Shown here piece after piece: positions 1 through 9,587 of a stretch of 51,303 bases of DNA. The notes beneath the pieces were generated by a model. The model saw nothing but the letters and a program-made list of their open reading frames with translations. It did not search any database and had not been told where the DNA came from. The DNA comes from a bacterium. GTDB lineage: Bacteria; JADJOY01. Every line of letters begins with the position of its first letter. Position 1 is the first letter of the stretch. The DNA is taken from the NCBI GenBank assembly GCA_046331705.1, contig JAXLQJ010000019.1, forward strand, positions 62,001-113,303. The letters run 5' to 3'. A program made the position numbers and the translations under genes.

Positions 1-2
1 CC

Positions 3-362
3 TACGTCGCCAAGATGATGAACCGCGAGTACTCGCCGGCGCCGCTCATGAAGAAGGTGCTGCAGTGCATCTGGCACCAGGTGAACGAGGGCCAAGAGAT
101 CTACGTGGTGGGCAAGATCCTCGACGACGGCCACGTGAAGGGCGGCACGGGCTGGGGCGCCGAGTTCGCCAAGCTCTGCAACAAGCCGCTCTTCGTCTTC
201 GATCAGGGGCGCGACGCGTGGTTCCAATGGGAAGACATGCGCTTCAAGCCCGTGCAGAACCCCGTGATCGCGCATCCTCACTTCACGGGTACCGGCACGC
301 GCTTCCTGGAGGCGAACGGGAAGGCGGCGATCGAGGGCCTCTACGCGCGCTCGTTCAAGTGA
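3..362 (+). CDS. Conserved hypothetical protein, 5'-truncated (possibly SLOG/DprA-like fold)
   Basis: Frame is open from the window edge with GC3-rich codon usage. The GGTGWGAEFAKLCNKPLFVFD segment resembles the GGT..A..KP motif of SLOG-type proteins; this family guess is weak. Confidence 0.6.
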   Translation, partial: YVAKMMNREYSPAPLMKKVLQCIWHQVNEGQEIYVVGKILDDGHVKGGTGWGAEFAKLCNKPLFVFDQGRDAWFQWEDMRFKPVQNPVIAHPHFTGTGTRFLEANGKAAIEGLYARSFK

Positions 363-439
363 CGTCGCGGCCGGTGCCGTGAGCGCGGCCGCGGGGATTC
401 GCGCCTGCTCGAACCGCCTGGGTTGACGGACGGGTCGCC

Positions 440-1135
440 ATGCTCGACCTCTACTACTGGCCGACGCCCAACGGCTGGAAGGTCTCCATCGCCCTCGAGG
501 AAATGGAGCTTCCTTATCGGGTGATCCCGGTCGACATCGGGCGCGCCGAGCAGTTCGCGCCCGAGTTCCTGCGCCTGAGCCCCAACAATCGCATCCCGGC
601 GCTCGTCGACCCCGAGCCGCTCGGCGGCGGAGCGCCGCTCTCGCTCTTCGAGTCGGGGGCGATCTTGCTCTACCTGGGCGAGAAGAGCGGGCGCTTCCTG
701 CCCTCGGCTCCCCGCGAGCGCTACGCGGTCGTGCAATGGGTGATGTGGCAGATGGCGAATCTGGGGCCAGCCGCGGGCCAGGCGAACCATTTCCGTCACT
801 ACGCGCCGCGCGCCGACTCCTACGCCGAGGAACGCCACACCTGGGAGCTCGCGCGCCTCTACGACGTTCTCGAGCGTCGCCTCGGCGAGTGCCCGTTCGT
901 GGGCGGTGAGCTGTCGGTCGCGGACATGGCGATCTTCCCGTGGATCCTGAGCTACAAGCGCTACGGCATGAGCCTCGACGAGCGACCGAGCCTGCGGCGC
1001 TGGTACGAGACGATGAAGGCGCGTCCGGCGGTGCGGCGCGGCATCGACGTGGCGAAAGAGCTACGCAACTCGATCCCGGACCCCGAAGCGCTCGCGAAGA
1101 TGTTTGGTCCTGCGTTCGCGCGACTTCAGCCGTGA
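440..1135 (+). CDS. Glutathione S-transferase, YfcG/YghU (Nu-class) disulfide-bond oxidoreductase type
   Basis: N-terminal YYWPTPNGWK, SPNNRIPA, LFESGAILLYL, WQMANLGP and SVADMAIFPW motifs. Confidence 0.93.
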   Translation: MLDLYYWPTPNGWKVSIALEEMELPYRVIPVDIGRAEQFAPEFLRLSPNNRIPALVDPEPLGGGAPLSLFESGAILLYLGEKSGRFLPSAPRERYAVVQWVMWQMANLGPAAGQANHFRHYAPRADSYAEERHTWELARLYDVLERRLGECPFVGGELSVADMAIFPWILSYKRYGMSLDERPSLRRWYETMKARPAVRRGIDVAKELRNSIPDPEALAKMFGPAFARLQP

Positions 1136-1457
1136 GGTCCAGGCATCCGCATGTCCACCGAGGGTTGGCGGCGCTGCTCCACCTCCGCGCGCTCCGTCGG
1201 CGCGGCGTCGCGATGCGCAGGGTGCGCGCGCTTCGGGCGCACACCGCTCGACGGGGTCACGGTCCGCCATGTTCCGGCACCCGCGGCGGCGGTTTCCCAC
1301 GGCGGCTTCCGCGCGCGACGGCAGAGCGCGAGCCGACCTCGGCGGCTTGGGCGAGGGTGCCCGGTACCAGACACGCTGCTCCGATGGTGACCGGCGCAAG
1401 CGCGCGTACCGTCGATCCTCGTCCCCGCGCGCGCCTGCGCTCGCTCGGGGACGAGGG

Positions 1458-2246
1458 ATGACCGCGGTTGCCGTACGCCAGCAGCAGTCCGAGGGCTTGG
1501 TTCGAGTCTGGCGGCGGGTGCTCGCCGCGCTCGGCGCGCCGCTCGAGCCAGGCGTGCGGGTGCTCGACTTCGGGTGCGGACGCGGCGAGCTGGTGGTGGT
1601 GCTCCGCAACCTCGGTATCGAAGCGGACGGTGTCGATCTGCTCGACGATTTCGCGGCGATTCGCGACGCCGTGCCCTCGGCCCCACGGCCCGTGGAGCTG
1701 GCCGCCTGCGTCCACGCGCTCGACCCGAGCGCACCGACGCTGCCGTACCCGGACGGGAGCTTCGACTTGGTGCTGAGCAACCAGGTTTTCGAGCACGTCG
1801 CCGACTATCCGGCTGCGATCGGAGAGATCTTCCGGGTGCTCAAGCCCGGGGGGGCCTGCTTTCTCGTGCTTCCCGCCCGCTGGCGTCTGATCGAGGCGCA
1901 CACCTTCGTGCCCCTCGCGGGCGTGCTGCGCGCCCGATGGTACCTGCGCCTGTGGGCCATCCTCGGCGTGCGCAACGAGTTCCAGCGCGGCCTGACGCGT
2001 GCGCAGATCGCGGATGCGAACGAACGCTTCCTCGCGAGCCAGACCAACTACCTGTCGCGGCGCCAGATCGAGGGCCTATTCCGCGAGCGTTTCCAGCAGG
2101 TCTCGTTCGTCGAAGCCGCGTTGATTCGACACGGGGATCGTCCGCTCTATCGACTCGTCACCAGGCTTTCGCTGGCACCGCTCGCGGGTTGGCTGATTCG
2201 CTCGATCTGGTTCCGAGCCCTGTTCGTGCGCCGGGGATGCGTCTGA
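1458..2246 (+). CDS. Class I SAM-dependent methyltransferase
   Basis: VLDFGCGRG motif I, LPYPDGSFDLV and RVLKPGG. Start moved to ATG 1458 after GAGGG. Confidence 0.88.
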   Translation: MTAVAVRQQQSEGLVRVWRRVLAALGAPLEPGVRVLDFGCGRGELVVVLRNLGIEADGVDLLDDFAAIRDAVPSAPRPVELAACVHALDPSAPTLPYPDGSFDLVLSNQVFEHVADYPAAIGEIFRVLKPGGACFLVLPARWRLIEAHTFVPLAGVLRARWYLRLWAILGVRNEFQRGLTRAQIADANERFLASQTNYLSRRQIEGLFRERFQQVSFVEAALIRHGDRPLYRLVTRLSLAPLAGWLIRSIWFRALFVRRGCV

Positions 2247-2296
2247 GCGCCGCCTGGCGGCTCGGCTGTCGATCCGCGAGCGCAGCCGGCGGTGCT

Positions 2297-3085
2297 TCAG
2301 GAATTCAAGAGACCCGCGACGGCGCGGGCCACGAAGCGCGGGGAGAAGCGCATTCCCTGGATCGCGAGCTGGTTCGTCCAGCCCGTCACACAGAGCGCGC
2401 GGCCGCGTTGCATGGCGCGCCAGCCGGCGGCGGCCACGCGCTCGGGCTTGGCCACGCCCACGCGGAACAGGATCGAGTGGGCGTTCCCGGCCACCTGGGA
2501 GAACGCGGTCGCCACCGGCCCGGGACAGAGCGCCGTGGCGGTGACGCCCGTGCCGCGAAGCTCGTGGGCGAGCGCCTCGGTGAAGGAAACCACGAACGCC
2601 TTGCTGGCGTAGTAGACGGCCATCTTCGGGCCGGGGACGAAGCCGGCCGTGGACGCGACGTTGAGGATGCGGCCGCGCCGGCGCTCGACCATGTCGGTGA
2701 CGAAGCGGTGGGTGAGGTCGGCGAGCGTGGTGACGTTGACCTGGATCATGTCGAGCTCGCGGTCGCGGTCGTTCGTCCAGTAGCTGCCGTTCGAGCCGAA
2801 TCCGGCGCAATTGACGAGCACGTCCACCCGCAGCCCGGCGTCGCGCACCCGTGCCTCGATGCGCGCCGGCGCCCCCCGGTCGGCGAGATCCTCGGCGATC
2901 ACCGTGGCGCGCGCGCCGTGACGCGCCGCGAGCTCACGCGCGAGATCGTCGAGCTTGTCGCCGCTGCGCGCGACCAGGATCACGTCGTGACCGTCGCCGG
3001 CGGCTCGGCGCGCCAGCTCGAGTCCGATTCCCATCGACGCGCCGGTGACGAGTGCAGTCGGCTTCGGCGGCGTGGTCTCGTTCAC
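2297..3085 (-). CDS. Short-chain dehydrogenase/reductase (SDR)
   Basis: ALVTGASMGIG, LVNCAG, NVAS and catalytic YYASK. Probable GTG start at 3085. Confidence 0.92.
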   Translation of the reverse strand: MNETTPPKPTALVTGASMGIGLELARRAAGDGHDVILVARSGDKLDDLARELAARHGARATVIAEDLADRGAPARIEARVRDAGLRVDVLVNCAGFGSNGSYWTNDRDRELDMIQVNVTTLADLTHRFVTDMVERRRGRILNVASTAGFVPGPKMAVYYASKAFVVSFTEALAHELRGTGVTATALCPGPVATAFSQVAGNAHSILFRVGVAKPERVAAAGWRAMQRGRALCVTGWTNQLAIQGMRFSPRFVARAVAGLLNS

Positions 3086-3188
3086 GGCGGAATCCCTCGG
3101 GTCTGGTGGTTGCGAGCGGGTAGGCCAAAATGCCCAGTCACGCCCGGGGCGTCGAGTGAGGCGACCCGCGACCGGCGCGGAGGACACC

Positions 3189-3743
3189 ATGAGCTGGCTC
3201 GACACGTATCGCGCTTTCGCCCGCTACAACCGCTGGATGAACGAGCGGCTCTACGCGCTCGCCGCCGAGCTGGGCGACGAGGAGCGCAAACGGGACGTGG
3301 GAGCGTTCTTCGGGTCGCTGCACGCAACGCTCGAGCACCTGGTGTTCGCCGATCGCGTGTGGCTGGCGCGCTTCACCGCCGATTCGGCGGAGCCCGTGCC
3401 GTTGGGTCAGGATGGTCGACCGATCGAGGTGAAGGGGTTCGGCCGCAACGCGTTCCCGAGCTTCGAGCGTCTGCGCGCCGAGCGGATCGAGACCGACCAG
3501 CGCATCGAAGCGTGGATCGAGACCCTCGAAGAGGCGCTCTTGGACCGCGATTTCACCTATCGAAACCTGGCGGGCGAGAGCCAGTCCCACCCGATGTGGT
3601 GGGCCGTGCAGCATTTCTTCAATCACCAGACCCACCATCGCGGGCAGGCGACGACGATCCTGAAACAGCTTGGCCGCGATCCCGGGGTCACGGATTACGT
3701 CCAGTTCCTGCGCCTGGATGCCGCCGGAAAAGCCTGGAGCTGA
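3189..3743 (+). CDS. DinB family protein
   Basis: YNRWMN, FFGSLHATLEH and HFFNHQTHHRGQ motifs; GGAGG RBS before ATG 3189. Confidence 0.92.
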   Translation: MSWLDTYRAFARYNRWMNERLYALAAELGDEERKRDVGAFFGSLHATLEHLVFADRVWLARFTADSAEPVPLGQDGRPIEVKGFGRNAFPSFERLRAERIETDQRIEAWIETLEEALLDRDFTYRNLAGESQSHPMWWAVQHFFNHQTHHRGQATTILKQLGRDPGVTDYVQFLRLDAAGKAWS

Positions 3744-3981
3744 GGCCCGCCCGGGGGCGTCGTCGTTGCGCCCGGTCCGCTGCTCGATCCGTCACCTTGG
3801 GGTGACGACCTGCGGAAGACCGCGATGGGGATGCGGTCGAGTCGTGACTGCCGTGCGGTCGCGCGCCGGCACGTGGTCGATCCGTCCCCTCCGTCTCCAT
3901 CGAAGACCATGCACGGATTCTCGTCCCGTGCTACCAGTGGAAGCGCGTGGAGTGCGCTTCTCGCGGGCCGTTGCGTCCGCC

Positions 3982-3996
3982 TGGCACGCTGCTTGA
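3982..3996 (+). promoter_or_regulatory. Sigma54 (-24/-12)-like promoter
   Basis: TGGCACGCTGCTTGA versus consensus TGGCACG-N4-TTGC; one mismatch at -12; lies upstream of the cytochrome at 4152. Confidence 0.55.
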
Positions 3997-4151
3997 GTGG
4001 TGTTCGCGAGACGCAGCGGCGGCCGCCTCCAGGCGGGCCGGAGAGCGGCGTCGACGAATGGCCACCGGTCGGTGATCGGTAGGCGAGGTAGCTGAACGCG
4101 ATCCCTAGCCACGAGTCGACACTGCGTCGTCTCGGAAGAGGAGGATGGTTC

Positions 4152-4478
4152 ATGCGGCTGCTCGAAAAGGTGGGTCTTGCGATGGTTGTGCTCGCCCTGG
4201 CGGTTCCGACCCTGGCGCGCGCGGATGCCGCGGCCGGGAAGGCGATCTACGACAAGAAATGCGCGAACTGCCACGGCGCGGATGGAAAAGGCGATGCCAA
4301 GATGGAGGCGAAGCTGAAGGCGAAGACGACGCTCGCCGAGATCGGCGGGAAGAGTGACGCCGACATGATGAAGCTGCTCCAGGAAGGCAAGAAGCCGATG
4401 CCCGGCTACGCCAAGAGCCTGAGCCAGGCCGAGCTGGACGACGTCTGGGCGTACACCAAGAGCCTGATCGGGAAGTGA
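4152..4478 (+). CDS. Periplasmic monoheme class I cytochrome c (c6/c553-like), paralog 1
   Basis: Signal peptide ending ARA-D, CANCH, KPMPGY with likely Met distal ligand; Lys-rich; GAGGAGG RBS. Confidence 0.93.
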   Translation: MRLLEKVGLAMVVLALAVPTLARADAAAGKAIYDKKCANCHGADGKGDAKMEAKLKAKTTLAEIGGKSDADMMKLLQEGKKPMPGYAKSLSQAELDDVWAYTKSLIGK

Positions 4479-4492
4479 GCCGCTGTGCTTGC

Positions 4493-4530
4493 CGGCCCGG
4501 GTCGGTCCCCCCAGGGATCGGCTCGGGCCG
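4493..4530 (+). terminator. Stem-loop after cytochrome c gene
   Basis: 17-bp stem with three G-U pairs (cggcccgggtcggtccc / gggatcggctcgggccg), 4-nt loop, weak U tail. Confidence 0.5.
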
Positions 4531-4872
4531 TTGCATTCGTGGCGCACGGGCCTGGCTGGCTCGCGCGTCGCCATGCGCTTTTGCCCGCTCCACGGACACG
4601 CGCTGGGGCTGGCCCGTCGCAGGCAACGAGCGGCAACCCCCGCGCGCGCCGCTTTCGGAATCGGCCCGGCTTGCGGAGTATCGGGCTCGTCGCTCGCGCG
4701 GCGGCGGTGAGATCCGCATGCCGGCGCGGGGTTACGAGCCCCAAACCCCAGATGCTTCGCGTTACCCGAGTGAAACGGCAACTTCTTCCACGCGCACCGA
4801 TCCTACCCGCAGGTGTATACAGAGACGGCGTCGAAGCACGAGTTTTATGCGAGATCGCGGGCGATCTTCGGA

Positions 4873-4887
4873 AGGCACGCCGATTGC
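4873..4887 (+). promoter_or_regulatory. Sigma54 (-24/-12) promoter of the nanowire-like operon
   Basis: AGGCACGCCGATTGC: GG-N10-GC with GGCACG and TTGC intact. Confidence 0.7.
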
Positions 4888-5073
4888 GGTACGCCCCGAC
4901 GTCGAAGGGAGAGCGGTTCCAACGATCAGCCCGCGACCTCTCGCAGCGCACGCGCTGTCATCCTCGGAGACCAAGCCCCGAGCGGGCCGTCGTCTCGCGA
5001 GCGTCGGACGCGAAGCCCGTGTCGAGACGAGTCGGTCGAGCGAGCAAATAGCAGGACCAGGGAGGTTCCAACC

Positions 5074-8000
5074 ATGACGGACCGGCGGACGACCCTTTCC
5101 GCGATGGCACCAAGGCTGGCGGTGCTGACGCTCGTCGCTTGTATGGGACTGGGTCTTGGCAGCGCATTCGCGGCCACCCAGTACCTCGGCGATGGTGCCG
5201 TCCCGAACGGCACCACCGGCGGCTGGGATCTCCCCAAGCAGGGAACCTGCCCTGCCGACCTCACCCAGACGACGCGGCCCGAATGCCTCGCGCTCCGGCT
5301 CAACGTCGTCCAGGCGAGCTGCACGAGTGGCAACAACCTGTCCTGGACGACGAGCGGCGTGTGTAACGACCTCGTCAACAACACGCAGTCGGCGTGCGAA
5401 GCCCAGGACGACCGGCTCTGGAACGCGGCCACCAACACGTGCGCCGTCGTCATGCAGAACGACGATCGCAACAACGTCGAGTGCGCCCTCCACGGCGCCA
5501 CCTGGGTGACCACGGGGACGTGCATCGGCTCGTGGGTGATGCCGGCCCGCAACGACCCCGCCTACGGCTCCGGTCTGCTCACGTCGAACAGCCCAGGAGA
5601 TCAGTGTCTGCGCTGCCACAACGCCACCACCCAGTACAACGGTCCGCGCGTTCGTGACGTCGAGGACACCCTCTACATGGGCCACCGGAACATGGCCCGC
5701 AAGGTGGTCGCCGGTCAGGCGTGGGGCGGCCCGCCGCTGGAATGCGACAACCCGCTCTTCACCTCCGAAGAGGCCTGCGAGGCGAACGGCGGGCACTGGT
5801 ATCCGGTCAGTCCGTATCCCTCGACCGACACCGGCTGGGCGTTCGATTGGGTCAACGGCACGGTGAACGTGAGCGGCATCGACCGCACGCTCTACTGGAT
5901 CTACGGCGACTGGCTGGGACCCCTTCCGCGCGCGATCTACTCGGCGGATCCGGTTGCCGGCACGCCCCTCAAGCCCGGCGTGTCCTACTCCTGCGCACGT
6001 TGTCACACGACTGGATGGTCGAGCGACGCCACGCTGCAGGCCAACCGTGAGCCGGAGCGCTCGTTCCCAGGCATCACCTGGGACGGCGTGACCGACGCCG
6101 TCACCGGTCAGGTGAACCTGGCGGGCGGCGTGAGCGGCGACACCAACAAGATGGCGTCCTGGGATCTCTTCGGCATCGGCTGCACGCGTTGCCACAACTC
6201 GGCAGTCGACACGACCACCAACGGCGGCGTGGCGCCCTTCACGGCGCCCACCGGCATGTCGAGCCACCACAACGCCCTGACCGCGCCAGACAACTCGAGC
6301 GGCGTGTGCACGGATCCACGGTGGACGCTGGAAGCGCAGTGCACCAGCGCCGGCGGGAGCTGGCTGACGGCCTGCAGCACCACCACGGCCGACGTTTGCA
6401 CGCAGGCCATCACCACCTCGGGCGCTTGCACCTCCCCAGGTGTCTGGGTGGCAGCGGCGGCAGGCTGGTGCAGCAACGCGTTCTACAGCGATCAGACGAA
6501 CTGCACGGCCAACGGCTTCTCGTGGCAGGACGGCTGGTGCACGCGGCCCGACAAGAACTCGAGCGCGCTGTGCACGGGCGGCTCGGGTACGTCCGCGTTG
6601 ACCTGGCGGCGGAACGGCTCCCAGGCTTCGTGTCAGGTGGGCGCCGGCACGTGGTCGTTCGCCAAGTGCAGCGTCGAAGGCGTGTGCAACGTCGACAACA
6701 CCATCACCTCGAAAGCGGCGTGCGATCTGGCCGGTGGTCAGTTCGCGTACGCGACCGACATCGTTCGGTGCGTGGACATCGAAGAGGCGGTTCCCAGCTC
6801 GGGCGCCGAGTGGACCGGCACCAACACCAATCGCGGCCAGATCATCACCTCGCTCTGCATGAACTGCCACCGACAGGAGACGTCGGGCCAGCCCTACGCC
6901 AACACGGGCAATGGCGTCGGTAGCGGCAGCACCTCGAACCCGGGTAGCTACGTCAAGGTCGGCCAGTATCACAGCACCATCACGTTCCCGAGCCATCCGC
7001 ACGGGAACATGTTCCTGAACAGCCCGCACGGAAAGTTCACGGGCACGTTCGATCAGATCGGCACCGCGAAGTTCGGTACCGGTTATGGCAGCTACTTCCA
7101 GTTCGACGGCGAGGCCGCCGGAACGGGCAACGGCTGCACGGGTTGCCACAATCCGCACCGCAGCACCGTCGGGGCGGTGGGCGGCGAGGAAGCCTTCGAG
7201 CCCTGCCAGAAGTGCCATACCGGCCCGTACGCGGTCGACCTGAATGCGATCAATCACCTGAAAGGTGCCGGCACGCCATTCGACACCGCGCTCTTCGGCG
7301 AGGGCGAAGCCGAGCCTTGCATCACCTGCCACATGCCTGGCGGGCAGCACATGTTCCGGATCAATCCGGACAAGAACTACTCGACCTTCCCGGCCTCGGT
7401 GTTCAGCTCCGCGACGGTCACCAACGCCAACACGGCGGCCGAAGGCAGCTTCACCAACGCCGTGTGGGTGGACGTCGACGCGGCATGCGGTCAGTGCCAT
7501 GGCGGCGGCAGCAACAAGGCCAGCACCACGCTCACCGTCGCGAACAGCACCGACGCGACCCTGGGCAAGACTCTGACGGTGGCCTCCACCTCCGGTTTCG
7601 CGGTGGGTCAGCGGGTCGAGCTCGCCGGCGCCGGAAGCTACTCGTACGACGATCAGGGCTCGGTTTCGCAGGGCGATTTCCCGTCCTACGTGACGGCGGT
7701 GAATTCCGCCACGTCGCTGACCGTGGTCGGTGCGGCCCCGTTCAGCGTGTCGGCGGGCGCCGCTCTCAAGCAGAACCCGGTCAAGTACGGTGCCCCGTAC
7801 TACACCAAGGCGCAGCTCGCCGCGGTCGCGAAGGGCATGCACGGCTCGTCCGGCGTGGTCTATCCGGTGACGTTCAGCATCACGCCGTCGGGCAGCGGCC
7901 TCACGGTCGCGGTGGACGCCACGGTGAACTGCGGCAACGATCCGTGCCCCGTGCTGACCTACGACTGGGATTGGGGCGATGGCTCGGCCCACGGCACGGT

Positions 8001-8640
8001 CGATCCCGACAGCCACACCTACGCGACGGCTGGCGCCAAGACGATCAAGCTGACCGTCAACCTGATGGGCAAGGTCGCTGGATCCGCGAGCCGCAGCATC
8101 ACGCTCACGGCGATCGATCAGCCGCCGACGGCCGCGGCAACCTGCACCTGGGACGCAAACCTCTGGAAGATGTCGCTCCTCGATGCCTCGACGGACGACA
8201 ACGCCGTGAGCCAAGTGGTGGTCGACTTTGGTGACGGCAGCAACAAGACGATCGCGCCGGCCGGCAGCTCCATCAACCGCACGTACACCAAGCCCGGCAC
8301 GTTCACGGTCACCGACCGTGCGATCGACAGCAAGCTGCAGTCGTCGGTGTACACCTGCCCGACGCAGGCGACCCCGGCGTACTTCAGCATCAGCGGTACG
8401 GTGAAGAACAAGACGGGTGCGACGAACCTGAGCTCGGCGACCGTGCAGCTCTACAACGGCGCGAACATCGTGAAGAGCGTGCTCACGGCGGCGAACGGCA
8501 CGTTCAGCCTCGGCTCGCTCAAGCCGGCGACGTACACCCTGAAGGTGGTGAAGGTCGGCTACACGTTCGCCAGCCCCGCTGCGACCATCACGGTGGGACC
8601 GACGAGCGCTGGAACGGTCATCAACGCCACGAACAAATGA
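5074..8640 (+). CDS. Large secreted octaheme cytochrome c with Cys-rich repeats, two PKD-like domains and a C-terminal carboxypeptidase-regulatory-like beta-sandwich (1188 aa)
   Basis: GGAGG RBS and signal peptide (..SAFA). Eight motifs: CLRCH, CARCH, CTRCH, CMNCH, CTGCH, CQKCH, CITCH, CGQCH. PKD-type YDWDWGDG..HTYATAG and VDFGDG..RTYTKPG. C-terminal ISGTV..ATVQL..TAANGTFSL..TYTL. Confidence 0.9.
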   Translation: MTDRRTTLSAMAPRLAVLTLVACMGLGLGSAFAATQYLGDGAVPNGTTGGWDLPKQGTCPADLTQTTRPECLALRLNVVQASCTSGNNLSWTTSGVCNDLVNNTQSACEAQDDRLWNAATNTCAVVMQNDDRNNVECALHGATWVTTGTCIGSWVMPARNDPAYGSGLLTSNSPGDQCLRCHNATTQYNGPRVRDVEDTLYMGHRNMARKVVAGQAWGGPPLECDNPLFTSEEACEANGGHWYPVSPYPSTDTGWAFDWVNGTVNVSGIDRTLYWIYGDWLGPLPRAIYSADPVAGTPLKPGVSYSCARCHTTGWSSDATLQANREPERSFPGITWDGVTDAVTGQVNLAGGVSGDTNKMASWDLFGIGCTRCHNSAVDTTTNGGVAPFTAPTGMSSHHNALTAPDNSSGVCTDPRWTLEAQCTSAGGSWLTACSTTTADVCTQAITTSGACTSPGVWVAAAAGWCSNAFYSDQTNCTANGFSWQDGWCTRPDKNSSALCTGGSGTSALTWRRNGSQASCQVGAGTWSFAKCSVEGVCNVDNTITSKAACDLAGGQFAYATDIVRCVDIEEAVPSSGAEWTGTNTNRGQIITSLCMNCHRQETSGQPYANTGNGVGSGSTSNPGSYVKVGQYHSTITFPSHPHGNMFLNSPHGKFTGTFDQIGTAKFGTGYGSYFQFDGEAAGTGNGCTGCHNPHRSTVGAVGGEEAFEPCQKCHTGPYAVDLNAINHLKGAGTPFDTALFGEGEAEPCITCHMPGGQHMFRINPDKNYSTFPASVFSSATVTNANTAAEGSFTNAVWVDVDAACGQCHGGGSNKASTTLTVANSTDATLGKTLTVASTSGFAVGQRVELAGAGSYSYDDQGSVSQGDFPSYVTAVNSATSLTVVGAAPFSVSAGAALKQNPVKYGAPYYTKAQLAAVAKGMHGSSGVVYPVTFSITPSGSGLTVAVDATVNCGNDPCPVLTYDWDWGDGSAHGTVDPDSHTYATAGAKTIKLTVNLMGKVAGSASRSITLTAIDQPPTAAATCTWDANLWKMSLLDASTDDNAVSQVVVDFGDGSNKTIAPAGSSINRTYTKPGTFTVTDRAIDSKLQSSVYTCPTQATPAYFSISGTVKNKTGATNLSSATVQLYNGANIVKSVLTAANGTFSLGSLKPATYTLKVVKVGYTFASPAATITVGPTSAGTVINATNK

Positions 8641-8649
8641 CGGAAATTG

Positions 8650-8679
8650 GGATGCAGGCGGGGCGGCCCGCCTGCATCC
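8650..8679 (+). promoter_or_regulatory. Intercistronic perfect hairpin without U-tail (mRNA stabiliser or processing signal?)
   Basis: ggatgcaggcggg-gcgg-cccgcctgcatcc, 13-bp perfect stem. Confidence 0.55.
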
Positions 8680-8758
8680 TCGAGAACACCTCAACCAAGC
8701 TGGAACGGCCAGACCGCGAGCCGAAGACACGAGCGGACGCGCACGGAGGAGCGAAGCA

Positions 8759-9553
8759 ATGAGACGCCACATTCACACCGCGCTGGCTGTCGCCCTGGGG
8801 CTCTTGCTCGCGCAGTCGGCGATGGCCTTCTCTGGATCCTACGTCCCGGGCGCCGGGATCAACGGGACGGTTCACGACCTCGGTACGCCGGGCGCGAACG
8901 GCATGAACTACAGCGCATCGCCGGCGGATTCGCTGAACCGGATCTGCATCTTCTGCCACGCGCCACACAACACGTATCGTCTGAGCACGGCGACGGGCGG
9001 CGCGGGACCGCAGGCTCCGTCGGAGTTCGACTACCTGCCGCTGTGGAACCACACGCTGCAGGACCCGACCGGCTACACGATGTACGAGAACGGGCCGGGC
9101 GCGCCGCAGAGCGGCTCCAAGGCGTCACAGGCGATCTTGAACGGCATGACGCCGGGCAGCACCTCGCTGCTCTGCCTGAGCTGCCACGACGGCACGATCG
9201 CCGTGAACTCGTACGGCAACGCCGATCAGATCAGCCAGTCGACGGGGAACAACGCGATCGTCGACGCCTACGCGATCGGTAAGGACCAGTACCTCGGGAA
9301 CCACCATCCGATCGGCTTCAACTACGACGACGTGCAGGCCGGCGACACCGAGATCCGCAGCGCCGACACCGCGATGCTCACTCCGTCCTCGTTCGTTCGC
9401 GATCACCTGGCGGGCGACGCGCACATGGAATGCGCGACCTGCCACTCGGTGCACAACAAGGGCAACGACGGCGAGCGGCTGCTGTGGAGAAGCGATCAGA
9501 ACAGCGAGCTCTGCTTGACGTGCCACGACAAGGGCAACTACACGGCGCCTTGA
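8759..9553 (+). CDS. omcE: OmcE-like tetraheme cytochrome c (putative cytochrome nanowire subunit)
   Basis: Signal peptide, then HDL, ICIFCHAPHN, PLWN, SLLCLSCHDG, NHHPIGF, MECATCHSVHN and SELCLTCHDK, colinear with Geobacter OmcE as I recall it (HDLS..ICVFCHTPHN..PLWN..CMSCHDG..DHPVNF..ECGSCHKVHD..SKLCLGCH). Confidence 0.85.
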   Translation: MRRHIHTALAVALGLLLAQSAMAFSGSYVPGAGINGTVHDLGTPGANGMNYSASPADSLNRICIFCHAPHNTYRLSTATGGAGPQAPSEFDYLPLWNHTLQDPTGYTMYENGPGAPQSGSKASQAILNGMTPGSTSLLCLSCHDGTIAVNSYGNADQISQSTGNNAIVDAYAIGKDQYLGNHHPIGFNYDDVQAGDTEIRSADTAMLTPSSFVRDHLAGDAHMECATCHSVHNKGNDGERLLWRSDQNSELCLTCHDKGNYTAP

Positions 9554-9587
9554 CGCCCCGCGCCCTCGCGGCGAGCCCTGGTGCACG

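Noticed and set aside
4690..5070. Cyclic-dinucleotide (GEMM) riboswitch upstream of the cytochrome operon
   Set aside because: Such riboswitches precede Geobacter cytochrome genes, but I could not find the GGCAAA..GAAA..GACGCAAA core here.
5074..8640. OmcZ identity for the octaheme protein
   Set aside because: The heme count matches, but spacing, size and sequence motifs do not resemble OmcZ as I recall it, and no subtilase gene is adjacent.
4762..8772. 1336-aa antisense ORF and many other long shadow ORFs (e.g. 38685-43406 +, 1574-3805 +, 45746-47899 -)
   Set aside because: They overlap well-supported genes, give Arg/Ala/Gly/Pro-rich translations with no motifs, and are expected from stop-codon scarcity in high-GC DNA.
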